From: Thermoanaerobaculia bacterium
GTDB lineage: Bacteria; Acidobacteriota; Thermoanaerobaculia; Multivoradales; Multivoraceae
DNA length: 64,000 nucleotides
Assembly (NCBI GenBank): GCA_963664405.1
Contig: OY761158.1
Coordinates: 5,088,001-5,152,000 of the forward strand
Direction of reading: 5' to 3'
The notes under the pieces were generated by a model. That model had not been told where the DNA came from. It was given only the letters and a program-made list of their open reading frames with translations, and did no database searches. This document shows positions 48,749 through 57,814 of this stretch, piece by piece (position 1 is the stretch's first letter; each line of letters starts with the position of its first letter). The position numbers and the translations under genes are program-made.

Positions 48749-49833
48749 AGCGACCCGACCTCATGCCCCATGGCGCGAAGTCGATTCGCCATATCGGGCT
48801 TGTCGACGGCCTTGTAGTAGGCGTCTTTCGGATCGGCGGCACCTTCGCGCACGAGACGTTGGAGATCGTCGTTGAGTAAGCGCATGCCGTGGCGTTGACC
48901 GACCTGCATGGCCGATGGCAGCTGGTGGGTCTTGGCCTCACGGATCTGATTTGCCACCGCCGGCGTACCGATCAAGATCTCCAAGGCCGCTACCCGGCCG
49001 CCACCGCCGGGGCGTCGAAGGAGGGTTTGAGAGATTACTGCGGCCAACGATTGCGACAGCATCGAGCGGATCTGCTCCTGTCGCTCGGCGGGGAACTGGC
49101 CGATGATGCGGTCGATACTCGAGGACGCGGTCGTCGTATGGAGGGTGCCTATCACCAGATGTCCGGTCTCGGCGGTGGTGATGGCGGTCTCGGTGGTTTC
49201 CAGATCCCGCATCTCGCCGATCATGACAATGTCGGGGTCCTGGCGCAGAGCCGCGCGTAGGGCACGCCTGAAGCTGGTTGCGTGGACTCCCACCTCACGT
49301 TGGTCGATCAAGCAGCGCTCGCTTTTGTGGACGAACTCGATCGGATCCTCGATGGTGATGATGTGATCGGAGCGGCTGCGGTTGATTCTGTCGATCATCG
49401 CAGCAACGGTTGTGGTCTTGCCGCAGCCGGTGGGCCCGGTGATCAAGACGAGACCCTTGTTGAGCTCGCAGAGCTCGGCGAGCACCGGTGGCATGCCGAG
49501 ATCCTCGAGAGTCAGGATCTTGCTTGCAATATGACGAAAGACGCCGCCCATGCCCAAGCGGTCGCGAAAGACGTTGACGCGGAAGCGTCCCAAGTCGGCT
49601 TGTTCGTAGCCGAAGTCGGTGTCCGCCTTCTCTTCCAGCTCCTTGGCGTTGCGCTCGGGCAGGATCTCTCGGAGCAGTCGCTCGGTCTCTTCCGCCGACA
49701 GCTTGGCGCCCGCCTCTCCGACGCCCACCATGCTACCCGAGACTCGGTAGACAGGTTGCTCCCCTGGGCTCAGATGAAGATCGGAGGCCTCGGTGGCGAC
49801 TTGGACCTTCAGGTATCGATCTATGTCCGGCAT
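48745..49833 (-). CDS. pilT: Type IV pilus retraction ATPase PilT family
   Basis: ASDLHL, RFRVNVF, GPTGCGKTT, TIEDPIE, QREVG, ALRQDPD, GEMRD, AETGHL, TLHT, AVANQIRE. Confidence 0.92.
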   Translation of the reverse strand: MPDIDRYLKVQVATEASDLHLSPGEQPVYRVSGSMVGVGEAGAKLSAEETERLLREILPERNAKELEEKADTDFGYEQADLGRFRVNVFRDRLGMGGVFRHIASKILTLEDLGMPPVLAELCELNKGLVLITGPTGCGKTTTVAAMIDRINRSRSDHIITIEDPIEFVHKSERCLIDQREVGVHATSFRRALRAALRQDPDIVMIGEMRDLETTETAITTAETGHLVIGTLHTTTASSSIDRIIGQFPAERQEQIRSMLSQSLAAVISQTLLRRPGGGGRVAALEILIGTPAVANQIREAKTHQLPSAMQVGQRHGMRLLNDDLQRLVREGAADPKDAYYKAVDKPDMANRLRAMGHEVGSL

Positions 49834-49840
49834 GTTCCCG

Positions 49841-50530
49841 TCACTTGATCCTGGGTGTCTCGGGGTGGGGCGTGATGCATAAGATTGCGTGATAGGGCAC
49901 GAGGTGCAAGCGGCCGTCGGCATCGCGAAGCCGTAACAGATGGCCGGCGGGACCGGGCTCGAAGCCCACCAGGTTGCCCTCGAGATCGCTGCCGTCAGCG
50001 AGACGCAGAGTCGCCTCGTTGTGACTGTCGACCAGCTCGCGGAGGCCTAGCTGGTCGAGACCCGACGTTTGCAGGTTCCACTCGATGCTGGCGCGAAGAA
50101 GGTCGAGAAGGAGTCGAGCATCCTTCGACATGAGACCGAGAAAGTGCTCGAGGAGGTGGTCCCTGGTCGCCGGCGAACGCTCTCGTAGCTCGCGAAAGGA
50201 CCCGGCATCGAAACGCAGGAGCCGGGTCGGCTCGATTGCCGTCGAGGTTGCGGCGGCTTGCTCCGAATCGATCGCGGAGGCCCAACCGAAGATGTCGCCG
50301 GCGCGCTTGGTCGCTAGAGTGCGATTGAGCTCGCCACCGGCGATAGGCATTACGATCTCGACCGCTCCCGACAGTACGACATAGACCGAACCGGCTGCCG
50401 CGTCCCCCGCGGTCTGGATTACTTCGCCTGTCGCTCGTTCCTCGGTCTGACTCAGAGAAAGGATGAGCTCGAGCTCATCGGATGCCATGCCTGAGAACAA
50501 GGGGTTGGTGCGGAGGTCGTCTGCCGTCAT
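49841..50530 (-). CDS. Cyclic-nucleotide-binding-fold protein with C-terminal Hfq/Sm-like domain
   Basis: PLFSGM, VYVVLSGAVEI, GDIFG, AIEPTRLL; C-terminal ATLRLADGSDLEGNLVGFE..LHLVPYHAILCITP. Confidence 0.75.
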   Translation of the reverse strand: MTADDLRTNPLFSGMASDELELILSLSQTEERATGEVIQTAGDAAAGSVYVVLSGAVEIVMPIAGGELNRTLATKRAGDIFGWASAIDSEQAAATSTAIEPTRLLRFDAGSFRELRERSPATRDHLLEHFLGLMSKDARLLLDLLRASIEWNLQTSGLDQLGLRELVDSHNEATLRLADGSDLEGNLVGFEPGPAGHLLRLRDADGRLHLVPYHAILCITPHPETPRIK

Positions 50531-50591
50531 CGGTGCGCCATCTTAACTCGTGCCGGTTCTAGGAGTGCTCAATGCGAGGCTTCCCGGCCGC

Positions 50592-50714
50592 GCCCGTGAG
50601 GCGTATTTGAACGGCATTACTTTGCAAGCGCGCTCCGGTTTCAACCCGTTTCAGTTCGGTCTGTCGGGCGCCTCCGACTACCATTCGGGTGTCTCGGCGA
50701 TCGAGGAAGACAAC
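50592..50714 (+). pseudogene. Internal fragment of a DUF3604-like metallohydrolase
   Basis: AREAYLNGITLQARSGFNPFQFGLSGASDYHSG..EEDN resembles the NP[FY]xFGxxxxxDxH motif; no start or rest of gene. Confidence 0.6.
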
Positions 50715-50807
50715 GCGTCGGTGTTCAGCGGCCCCTTTTCCGATAGCTCGGCGGAGCAGCGCATGTCGCGGGCGACGAGTGGTTGGGTAGCGCGGCCGAA
50801 ATAGCCT

Positions 50808-52154
50808 TCAGGCCCCCGGTGGTGAGTCCCCGCTGGTGCGGGTTGCGATTCTCTGTCGCCCATCGGGATAGAGGATCACGATCTGGGAACCTGCTCCCGC
50901 CTCCGACCTGAGCTCCAAGCGGCGGTCCTCCATCTCTTCGAAACAGAAGAGACCACCGCCGAGGTGCAATAAGCGCCGGGCCGGGCGGGAAGCAAGCCGA
51001 TACCAGAGGGCGCCGTCGCGGAGGCTGACCGTTTCGTCGCCGTAGGTTCCGACGTACTGGCGAAGAGTCGCTTCGTCGAGGGGAGTCTCCTCTCGGCTGA
51101 GAGTCTCGTGGACCCATTCCAGGGAGGTCGGGGCCTCACTGCCGTTGTTGGTGAGTAGAGTCGCGACGGCGTCCCGATGCGCGAAACGGAGTGCGTCTTT
51201 CTGTGGCAGATCAACGTCGGGAGCGACGCCTGTCCCTTCCCAGTTGGTGCCGGTGATCGGATTGATTGCGCGTCCGAATGGCATCGAGATCTCGATCCCC
51301 AACTTGGGGAAACGGCGCATCGTCACCGGGTGGGCGCCGCCGCCGGTCGTCTCTCCCACGATCTTCGCCCGCTTCAGATTCTTGAGGTTGTAGGTGAACT
51401 CTTCGGCGGCGGAAAAGGTAAAAGCGCTGGTGAGAACGTAGACAGGGATCTCCGTCATCCGTGGCCCGTCGACTTCCTCGTGGGTCCAGAACTCCTGGCG
51501 GCGATCGGTGGCGCGGATGTAGAAGGTATTGAGGTGCACCTTGCCTTCGAAGAGGTAGCTCGACAGCAGCTGGATCATCGAGGGTGAGCCGCCACCGTTG
51601 CGTCGCAGATCGAAGATCAGAGCGTCGCAACTGGCGAGAAAGTTCATTGCTCCGACGGCGGTAGCTCGGGCGCCTCCCATCTCTGCAGCGGCGAAAGAAC
51701 GCAGATCGACATAGCCGACATTCCCTGGCAGTCGCCGTACGCTCTCGAATCCGTAGTTCGTTCGCCTTGCCGCTTCGGCCGGCGACACCCGGGTCGTGCT
51801 GGAAGCCTCGGCCGACGGCTCCGCTGCCGGCGGTAGCTCGCGAACGCGGAGATGCTTGTCGTGGCTGATCGATTGCAGATCCGCAGTCAGGGTTTCCGCC
51901 AGTGGGCCGAGCTCCGCGATCTCTGCGTAGCGTCCGGCCTCGAGGTTGGCGGAGAGCAGCTCTCCCATCTCCGCGGCCTTGTCGGGGAAGACGTAGGTGG
52001 TGTCGAGCGCGGCGACGATGCTTTTCACGATCTCGGCGCGAGAGCCGTCCTCGACCGGCTGCGCCTGCGCAGCACCGGCCGAGATGAGGATCAGGGCGAG
52101 GGAGCAGAGACTGTGCGTCGGGGAAGGCCGGCGGTCGTGGTTCAAGCTCGACAT
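50808..52154 (-). CDS. S41-family peptidase (IRBP-like)
   Basis: YVFP, DKHL, GNVGY, DLRRNGGG, TFSAAEEF, GETTGGGA, WEGTGVAPD. Confidence 0.92.
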   Translation of the reverse strand: MSSLNHDRRPSPTHSLCSLALILISAGAAQAQPVEDGSRAEIVKSIVAALDTTYVFPDKAAEMGELLSANLEAGRYAEIAELGPLAETLTADLQSISHDKHLRVRELPPAAEPSAEASSTTRVSPAEAARRTNYGFESVRRLPGNVGYVDLRSFAAAEMGGARATAVGAMNFLASCDALIFDLRRNGGGSPSMIQLLSSYLFEGKVHLNTFYIRATDRRQEFWTHEEVDGPRMTEIPVYVLTSAFTFSAAEEFTYNLKNLKRAKIVGETTGGGAHPVTMRRFPKLGIEISMPFGRAINPITGTNWEGTGVAPDVDLPQKDALRFAHRDAVATLLTNNGSEAPTSLEWVHETLSREETPLDEATLRQYVGTYGDETVSLRDGALWYRLASRPARRLLHLGGGLFCFEEMEDRRLELRSEAGAGSQIVILYPDGRQRIATRTSGDSPPGA

Positions 52155-52173
52155 CGGTACGTCTTGGAGGTTA

Positions 52174-52199
52174 AACGAAGCGGCAGGCAGAAAGTTGCA
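52174..52199 (-). promoter_or_regulatory. SigW/SigE-like ECF promoter
   Basis: TGCAAC-N16-CGTT upstream of the S41 peptidase. Confidence 0.55.
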
Positions 52200-52342
52200 C
52201 TCGGAAGCACGGGATCGAAAGAGACAAGCGACGCCGCTCCCGCGATGACCGCAGAGAGAGGCCAGGGCGTCGTCGAAGAAGGCCAGAAGAGGGACCTATT
52301 GGAGACGGGCGGTGTGAGGGCCGCGGGTCCTGCCAAATACGA

Positions 52343-52609
52343 TCAGTACGCGTCTCCGCGGGGGAGCATCGCGTAGACCTGGAGCACCCGGGCCTTTCGA
52401 TCGGGCGTCAGGAGGATTCGCCAGCCACCCACCCTGACTCGGTAGTCCCCCTTGAGCTTTCCCGTGAGAGGGCGCACGCGGGGGTGGAGCAGGGGCTTGT
52501 CGGCGTTCTCGAGGCTGAGCAAGCTCTCCTTGACCCTGCGGCGAGTTGTTCTGTCGAGCTTGAGGTACTGCTTCTCGGCCGACGGCTTGACCTCAATCCG
52601 CCAGCTCAT
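52343..52609 (-). CDS. RelE/ParE-family toxin
   Basis: WRIEVKPSAEKQYLKLD, LTGKLKGDYRVRVGGWRI, PRGDAY. Confidence 0.9.
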   Translation of the reverse strand: MSWRIEVKPSAEKQYLKLDRTTRRRVKESLLSLENADKPLLHPRVRPLTGKLKGDYRVRVGGWRILLTPDRKARVLQVYAMLPRGDAY

Positions 52610-52832
52610 CGAGTCCTTTGCCCTCGACCCCCTCTGCGACCTCCTTCTTGCCACGAGCGATAATGTCGACCCATTCGGGCCGGGAAAGAAGGTCGAGCGT
52701 CTCCTGATGCCGCTCGATGTACTCGTCGATGAGCTCGGAGAGAATCTCCTTCATCTCGGTCTTCTCAACACCCGCGATGATTCGCAGGATGTCTCGCTTT
52801 TCCTCCGGAATTCTCACTGTTGCCGTCGCCAT
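52593..52832 (-). CDS. Antitoxin (RHH-like N-terminus, ETLDLLS motif)
   Basis: Overlaps the RelE start; AAAGGAG RBS. Confidence 0.8.
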   Translation of the reverse strand: MATATVRIPEEKRDILRIIAGVEKTEMKEILSELIDEYIERHQETLDLLSRPEWVDIIARGKKEVAEGVEGKGLDELAD

Positions 52833-52857
52833 GCATGCTCCTTTGCGGTCCACTAGT

Positions 52858-52886
52858 AGCCTAGGCGCCTGAGGGCATAGTGTCAA
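52858..52886 (-). promoter_or_regulatory. Sigma70 promoter of the TA operon
   Basis: TTGACA-N17-TAGGCT. Confidence 0.7.
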
Positions 52887-52999
52887 CCAGGGGCCCCTAG
52901 CTTTTCGGCTGAGCCAACCGCTCGGCGCCTTGGCCCGAGGCCGGGGTCGCTACCAGTCAGAGTAGCGCGACGTGGCGGCCGTCCGGGCTGGCACCGCCC

Positions 53000-54712
53000 T
53001 TATTCCTCGCGCCCGACCATGAACGAGAGGGTCGCCACCGAGTCCAAGCCCGACGTTCGATCGTGGACTCCGATCGCCAGAGTCTGTTGGCCCTCCCTCA
53101 TCGCCAGCTCGATCGGATAGCCGGCGGCATTACGCCGGGCTTCGTCCAGTCGTTCTGAGGGCACGACGATTGGAAGCAGGTCGCGGTGGGACTGCGAGGC
53201 GTTTCCGTCCGCGTCGACTGCGACAAGGACGAGGTCCAACTCCGCAACATGACCCTGTGCCGTTTGCTGGAATGTCAAGTTGGCCATCGGGATAGCCAGG
53301 ACCACCGACACCTGGTAGCCCTTCTTCTCACTTTTCGTCTGCAGTCGCTCCTGGATCAGCAGGCCGAGCGGATTGGTGTCGACTCCGTGGATGCCGGCTG
53401 CGGCGGCCAGCGCCTCGAGTCGAGCAGCGACTCCCTGGTTGGCGAAGCCGTCGACGTGTCGCAGGCGTACTCCCGGTCTCTTCTCCTTCAGCGAGGCTTT
53501 GATGTTCTTGTAATCCTCTCCCCAGTCGTCGGGTGCAGCAAAGCCCAAGGAGTAATAGTTCGAAAAGTCGCGACGAAGATCTGTCAAGAAGTTCGCCAGC
53601 CCCGCCGAGTTCGTCGACAGCCGTCCCCCGGTCTCGTCGGCAGCCATCAGTAGTGGTCCCATCAGGGTCTCTTCTTCTACAGACTGGCTGAAACGGCTGA
53701 CCGAGCGAGCCCCCGCCCCTTGCATTCTCGTACCGGCGCTCTCTACCGAGCTATGCACGATCGGGTAGAAGATTGCGCCGACCTCACTGGCCTGGCGGGT
53801 CAGAGTCTGCATCGCTTGCAATGTGGAAGTGAGGAACGCCGAGTCGAGCTCGTCACGTATCGGATCGGTACCGTTCTCACACTGATCCAACGCCCAGGGC
53901 TCGATCCTCTCCCTGTAGATCTCCACGAGCGAGTCGAGAGGTCTTTCGGGCAAGCCGTCGCTGACGAAGATGACGGCCTTTCGCCCGGGAATGCCGCGGA
54001 TCGAGGAGAGGAATCCACTCGTGGCCGAGAGTGTTCCAATGACCTGCCGGTATCGACGCTCGCCGAGGTGGTTGCGCCTCCCGGCCAGCTCGTGGGCAGC
54101 GGCTATCGATGACTCGTTACACGGCAGGAGCATCATGCCATCGAGACCTCGCAGGTACGCGGAGTGCTCGAGATCAAGGTTCCGCATCGGTGCCGGACCT
54201 GAAACGACTCGATCGATGGCGCGGGCGATCGCCACGCGATCCGAGGTAAAGCCCTGCACGATCTCGAGGCCTTGACGAATGCGAGCGACGAACACGCGAT
54301 CACCCGGTCGCAGAGTGCCGTCGAGCTCATCCTTGAGTTGTGCAAAGACCGCTGCTCGGCTGCGGTTGGTGATGTGCGTCTCGTCTACGATCACTGCCAA
54401 GTGGAGTCCTCGCGTACTGCCTGCAGGAGGAGCGATCGGCCCATCGACGTCCGACGCCGATTCCAGAATGCCTCCGCCGACTTCGAAGAAGTTGGCGATC
54501 TTCGTCGACTCACCTTCGACTTGCAGCTCGAAGTCTTCACGGGTCAAGCCCGGGACCGGGTTGTCGTGTGAGTCGGTCGCGACCACTTCGACATTGATGA
54601 TCCGCACCTCCACGATCTCGCCGAAAGTAGCGGCAGGCTCCTGTGCTCCTCCAGCAACTGGCGAAGCGATCAGCGCGGCGGCCAGAGACCATGTGAGTCG
54701 TCGCGGATTCAT
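53000..54712 (-). CDS. Acidobacterial-type VWA domain protein
   Basis: FGEIVEVRIINVEVVATD..PVPGLTREDF, GRKAVIFVSDG, ADETGG, YYSLGF. Confidence 0.85.
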   Translation of the reverse strand: MNPRRLTWSLAAALIASPVAGGAQEPAATFGEIVEVRIINVEVVATDSHDNPVPGLTREDFELQVEGESTKIANFFEVGGGILESASDVDGPIAPPAGSTRGLHLAVIVDETHITNRSRAAVFAQLKDELDGTLRPGDRVFVARIRQGLEIVQGFTSDRVAIARAIDRVVSGPAPMRNLDLEHSAYLRGLDGMMLLPCNESSIAAAHELAGRRNHLGERRYRQVIGTLSATSGFLSSIRGIPGRKAVIFVSDGLPERPLDSLVEIYRERIEPWALDQCENGTDPIRDELDSAFLTSTLQAMQTLTRQASEVGAIFYPIVHSSVESAGTRMQGAGARSVSRFSQSVEEETLMGPLLMAADETGGRLSTNSAGLANFLTDLRRDFSNYYSLGFAAPDDWGEDYKNIKASLKEKRPGVRLRHVDGFANQGVAARLEALAAAAGIHGVDTNPLGLLIQERLQTKSEKKGYQVSVVLAIPMANLTFQQTAQGHVAELDLVLVAVDADGNASQSHRDLLPIVVPSERLDEARRNAAGYPIELAMREGQQTLAIGVHDRTSGLDSVATLSFMVGREE

Positions 54713-54820
54713 CGGGGCTCCAAAAGTCGGGAGCGCAGCTGGCTCGAGGTGCATTCTACTCCGACCCCAATGCCGAGAAATCGACCCTTCCCCCCTTTCG
54801 ATGCGAATGATACTCCGGGT

Positions 54821-55855
54821 TCACTCGTCGATCGTGAGGCGCAGGCGAGCCATGCCGATGCCCTGCTCTCCGGCGACGGAGTAGAGCAGCCATAGGCGCT
54901 CCTTGTCCTCGAAGATGGCTGGATCTCGCAATTGGTGGGCCGGCCCGGTGACGTGCCCGGTTAACGAGGGCTCGATCGGCAGCTCGGCGCCCTCCCAGGG
55001 GTGCTCGGGCCGCAGCACTGACATTGGCGGCGACGACGTCCATTCGCTCCAGTCCGCCCGGAGGTCCACAGTCGACAGCAGGATGTGCTCGGGCGCGTCG
55101 CCGGACCGGCTGAAGAAAACGAATAGGGTGTGGCCTCGGACCACGACCCCTGCATGCCTCAGCCGAGGGTCGAAGAGCGTCGGCCCCACCTCGAAATCAC
55201 CTAGCCCGTCCGCCGAGCGGTAGAGCACCCCTGGCTTGGCCAGGCCGTACACATGTCCCTGCCAGCGGAAGACCCTCAGATAGGGCTGTGTCAGTACTTC
55301 TTCGCGGGCTTCGAAGCGCAGGCCGTCGCGCGACACCGCCACCCGAGTGGCCTGCCGGCCGTTGGGCAGGATGCCGTGGTAATAGAGTCGGATCTCGCGC
55401 CGCTCCTCGTCGACCACGGCGTCGGGTGAGGCGATATGGGGGATGGCGTTCTCGGGATTGCGGGCGACGGCGGCTTCATAGCGTCGCCGCGCCTCCTCCG
55501 ACAGGGTGGCCGGATCGGGCACCTCAGCCAGGAAGAGACTTTCCTCGAGCCGTAGGGAGCCAGGTGCATGAACGGTCCAGGGACCCTCGGGGTGCGAGGC
55601 CCAGGCCAGGCGGATGAAGGCGCCTTTGTGGTGCGCGAAGTAGAGGTAGTAGTCGCCCAGACGATCCTCCACCCAGTCGGGTACCCGGATCATCGACGGA
55701 CCGTTGATGTTGGTGCCGATCGACGCCTCCATCTGCGGCCGCACGATCGGATTGGCGCTCACCCGCTCGACCTCGACGCCCTGTCCCGCCACCTCGATGG
55801 CGCCCACCAGCGCGAGCGCCGCGAGGGCACCGAGGGTGCGCTTCACAGTGGTCAA
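54821..55855 (-). CDS. Secreted GH43/32-like five-bladed beta-propeller protein
   Basis: NINGPS, YYLYFAHHKG, HIASPD, LRDPAIF, YSVAGE. Confidence 0.75.
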   Translation of the reverse strand: MTTVKRTLGALAALALVGAIEVAGQGVEVERVSANPIVRPQMEASIGTNINGPSMIRVPDWVEDRLGDYYLYFAHHKGAFIRLAWASHPEGPWTVHAPGSLRLEESLFLAEVPDPATLSEEARRRYEAAVARNPENAIPHIASPDAVVDEERREIRLYYHGILPNGRQATRVAVSRDGLRFEAREEVLTQPYLRVFRWQGHVYGLAKPGVLYRSADGLGDFEVGPTLFDPRLRHAGVVVRGHTLFVFFSRSGDAPEHILLSTVDLRADWSEWTSSPPMSVLRPEHPWEGAELPIEPSLTGHVTGPAHQLRDPAIFEDKERLWLLYSVAGEQGIGMARLRLTIDE

Positions 55856-55900
55856 GCCGCGACCCTGCGTTATGCCCGAAGGCCTTGGCGAAGACCATGC

Positions 55901-55987
55901 GCGGGTCCTGCGAAGTACGATCAGTATGCGTCTCCGCGGGGAAGAATAGCGTAGACGTGGAGCACCCCGGACTCACGATCGGGTGTC
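55901..55987 (-). pseudogene. Remnant of a second relE 3' end plus downstream flank
   Basis: Diverged copy of 52323-52409; encodes TPDRESGVLHVYAILPRGDAY*. Confidence 0.8.
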
Positions 55988-56078
55988 TGAGGGCATCGTG
56001 TCAACCGTTGACGAAGACTTTCCCGTCGACTCGCCTGCGGCCTGCGTGGCCTGCGTGGTGTAGCGGAAGGGTGGGGTC

Positions 56079-57095
56079 TCAGGTACCGCCGCTCGAAACC
56101 GACAAGCGAATACTGCCGTCCGACGAACGTGCCCGGAGACGACCGCCGCCGCCGTTGAGCTCTCCTGCCCGGTACCCGCGACGCTCTTCTGTGATCGCTT
56201 CTTCGGGAGCGTCGACGACCAGGCGTCCGTCGTCGCTGGCAAGGGAGAAAGAGAGCGCTATCGACGAATCCAGCTCGACCTCGATTCGACCATCGTCGCT
56301 CTCGAGGTTCACATCGTTCGGCTTGCCGCCGACGAGCTCCAGGTAGATATTGCCGTCTTCGCTGCGTACGTCGAGCTTGGAAGTCTGCATCGATCGCATG
56401 CGCACGTCGCCGTCATCGCTCACCACGTCGAAGTCGCCGACACAGTCGCTCATCTCGAGATCCCCGTCTTCCATCCGCAGGCGCCCCGAGGAGACCTTGC
56501 AGTCAGAGATCGTCAGGTCGGAATCGTCCGCGGTCACGAACAACTCGGCCTCGAGACCTCGAATCTCGAGATCACCGTCCGCCATTTCGATCGTCACTCG
56601 CCCAGTCTGGATGTCTTCGAGTATCACGTCGCCGTCATCGACTACGGTTTCGACATCGGCTCGCCAGCCTCTGATTCGCACGTCGCCGTCTTCACCCAAT
56701 GACTCGAGCTCGAGGTAGCTCGGCGCCTTGATCGTGTAGGTGTACTCGTAGCGCCTCTTGGTGTTGATGCCGATCAAGATGCCGCCTTCGGCGGTCTCGC
56801 GACCGATTACCGAGATCTCGTCTCCACGCTCCCTGAAGTCGACGACGAAGTCGGCGTCAGTGCGACCGAAGCCGATGATCGTCACATCTCCGCGATAGTG
56901 CACCTCTATGTCGAGCACGTCCCGGTCCCAGGGCTCGACGCTGACGTCGCCGTCGCCGTGCTCGAGATGCAGGCGCATCCCCTCGCGGACATCGAAACTC
57001 TCGTGGAACTCCCGTTCGATCGTCTCAGCGAAGGCCGCCGAGCCCAACATTCCTAGTGCAAGCGTGGCAACGCACGCGGGCAGAAGCCTGGTCAT
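56079..57095 (-). CDS. DUF4097 beta-strand-repeat (putative adhesin) protein
   Basis: Signal peptide; repeated DGDV/DGDL/DGRI units; GELNGGGGRLRARSSDGSI; AAGGAGG RBS. Confidence 0.85.
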   Translation of the reverse strand: MTRLLPACVATLALGMLGSAAFAETIEREFHESFDVREGMRLHLEHGDGDVSVEPWDRDVLDIEVHYRGDVTIIGFGRTDADFVVDFRERGDEISVIGRETAEGGILIGINTKRRYEYTYTIKAPSYLELESLGEDGDVRIRGWRADVETVVDDGDVILEDIQTGRVTIEMADGDLEIRGLEAELFVTADDSDLTISDCKVSSGRLRMEDGDLEMSDCVGDFDVVSDDGDVRMRSMQTSKLDVRSEDGNIYLELVGGKPNDVNLESDDGRIEVELDSSIALSFSLASDDGRLVVDAPEEAITEERRGYRAGELNGGGGRLRARSSDGSIRLSVSSGGT

Positions 57096-57118
57096 GGGTA
57101 CACCTCCTTGCTAATCGA

Positions 57119-57144
57119 TACGACAACTGATCGAAAACGTTCCA
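57119..57144 (-). promoter_or_regulatory. SigW/SigE-like ECF promoter
   Basis: TGGAAC-N16-CGTA upstream of the DUF4097 gene. Confidence 0.6.
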
Positions 57145-57188
57145 ATGGATTGCGAGAACGCGGAGGAAGCGGAGCCACCCGGAGGGCC

Positions 57189-57220
57189 GGCCGGCCGAGA
57201 AGGTGGCCGGCCGAGAAGGT
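57189..57220. repeat. 16-bp tandem duplication
   Basis: GGCCGGCCGAGAAGGT x2. Confidence 0.85.
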
Positions 57221-57268
57221 GCCACCCGAATATTCTCGAGGCCGCTAGGGGACTGACCCGTGAGAGCC

Positions 57269-57679
57269 TCAACCGGTGCTTCGAAACCATATGGGTGTTC
57301 CGAGCCCGACGGCCACGAACAGCGCCGCTGCCAACACGAAGATCCCTGAGCCCAGCTTTGGGTAGAGCATCGCGCCGGCCAGCAGCCCGAGGATGCTGGC
57401 AACACTGCTGGCGCTGGTGATGGCTCCCTGGACGGCTCCCTGGTCGCGAACCCCGGCGGCTCGGGCTACCCGAGTCTGGAAGGTGGGCCAGGCGAGGCCA
57501 TTGCCCAAGGCGAAGAGGGAGGCTCCGGTGTAAAGCAGAGCACCAGAGTGGAATCGATAGCAGAGAAACGCTGCGGCCAGGGAGCTGATGCCAAGTGCGA
57601 AAACGGTTTTCGGGGCCCAGCGTCGACTGGCGTAGCGCAGAACTGGACCTTGGGCGATGATCATGGCGACGGCAGGCAC
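57269..57679 (-). pseudogene. C-terminal fragment of a TetA-like MFS transporter
   Basis: GNGLAWPT, DQGAVQGAITSASSVASILG; only the last 4-5 TM segments. Confidence 0.75.
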
Positions 57680-57814
57680 CGAAGGTTGCCCAGGCAGCCT
57701 GCGGCAGCCAAAGGGTGTCAGGCGTCAACCCGTCAGAGCCCTGCTGGACGCAGAGTTTTTCTGTAATAAGCGAACGACCAGGCAAGCATTAGAGGCGCGA
57801 ATACGAAGCGTTGC

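Noticed and set aside
46799-49833. Kinase as part of the pilT module
   Set aside because: Convergent orientation with a 4-nt overlap; adjacency alone does not support a link
56039-56058. GGCCTGCGT tandem repeat
   Set aside because: Two to three short units, no evident function
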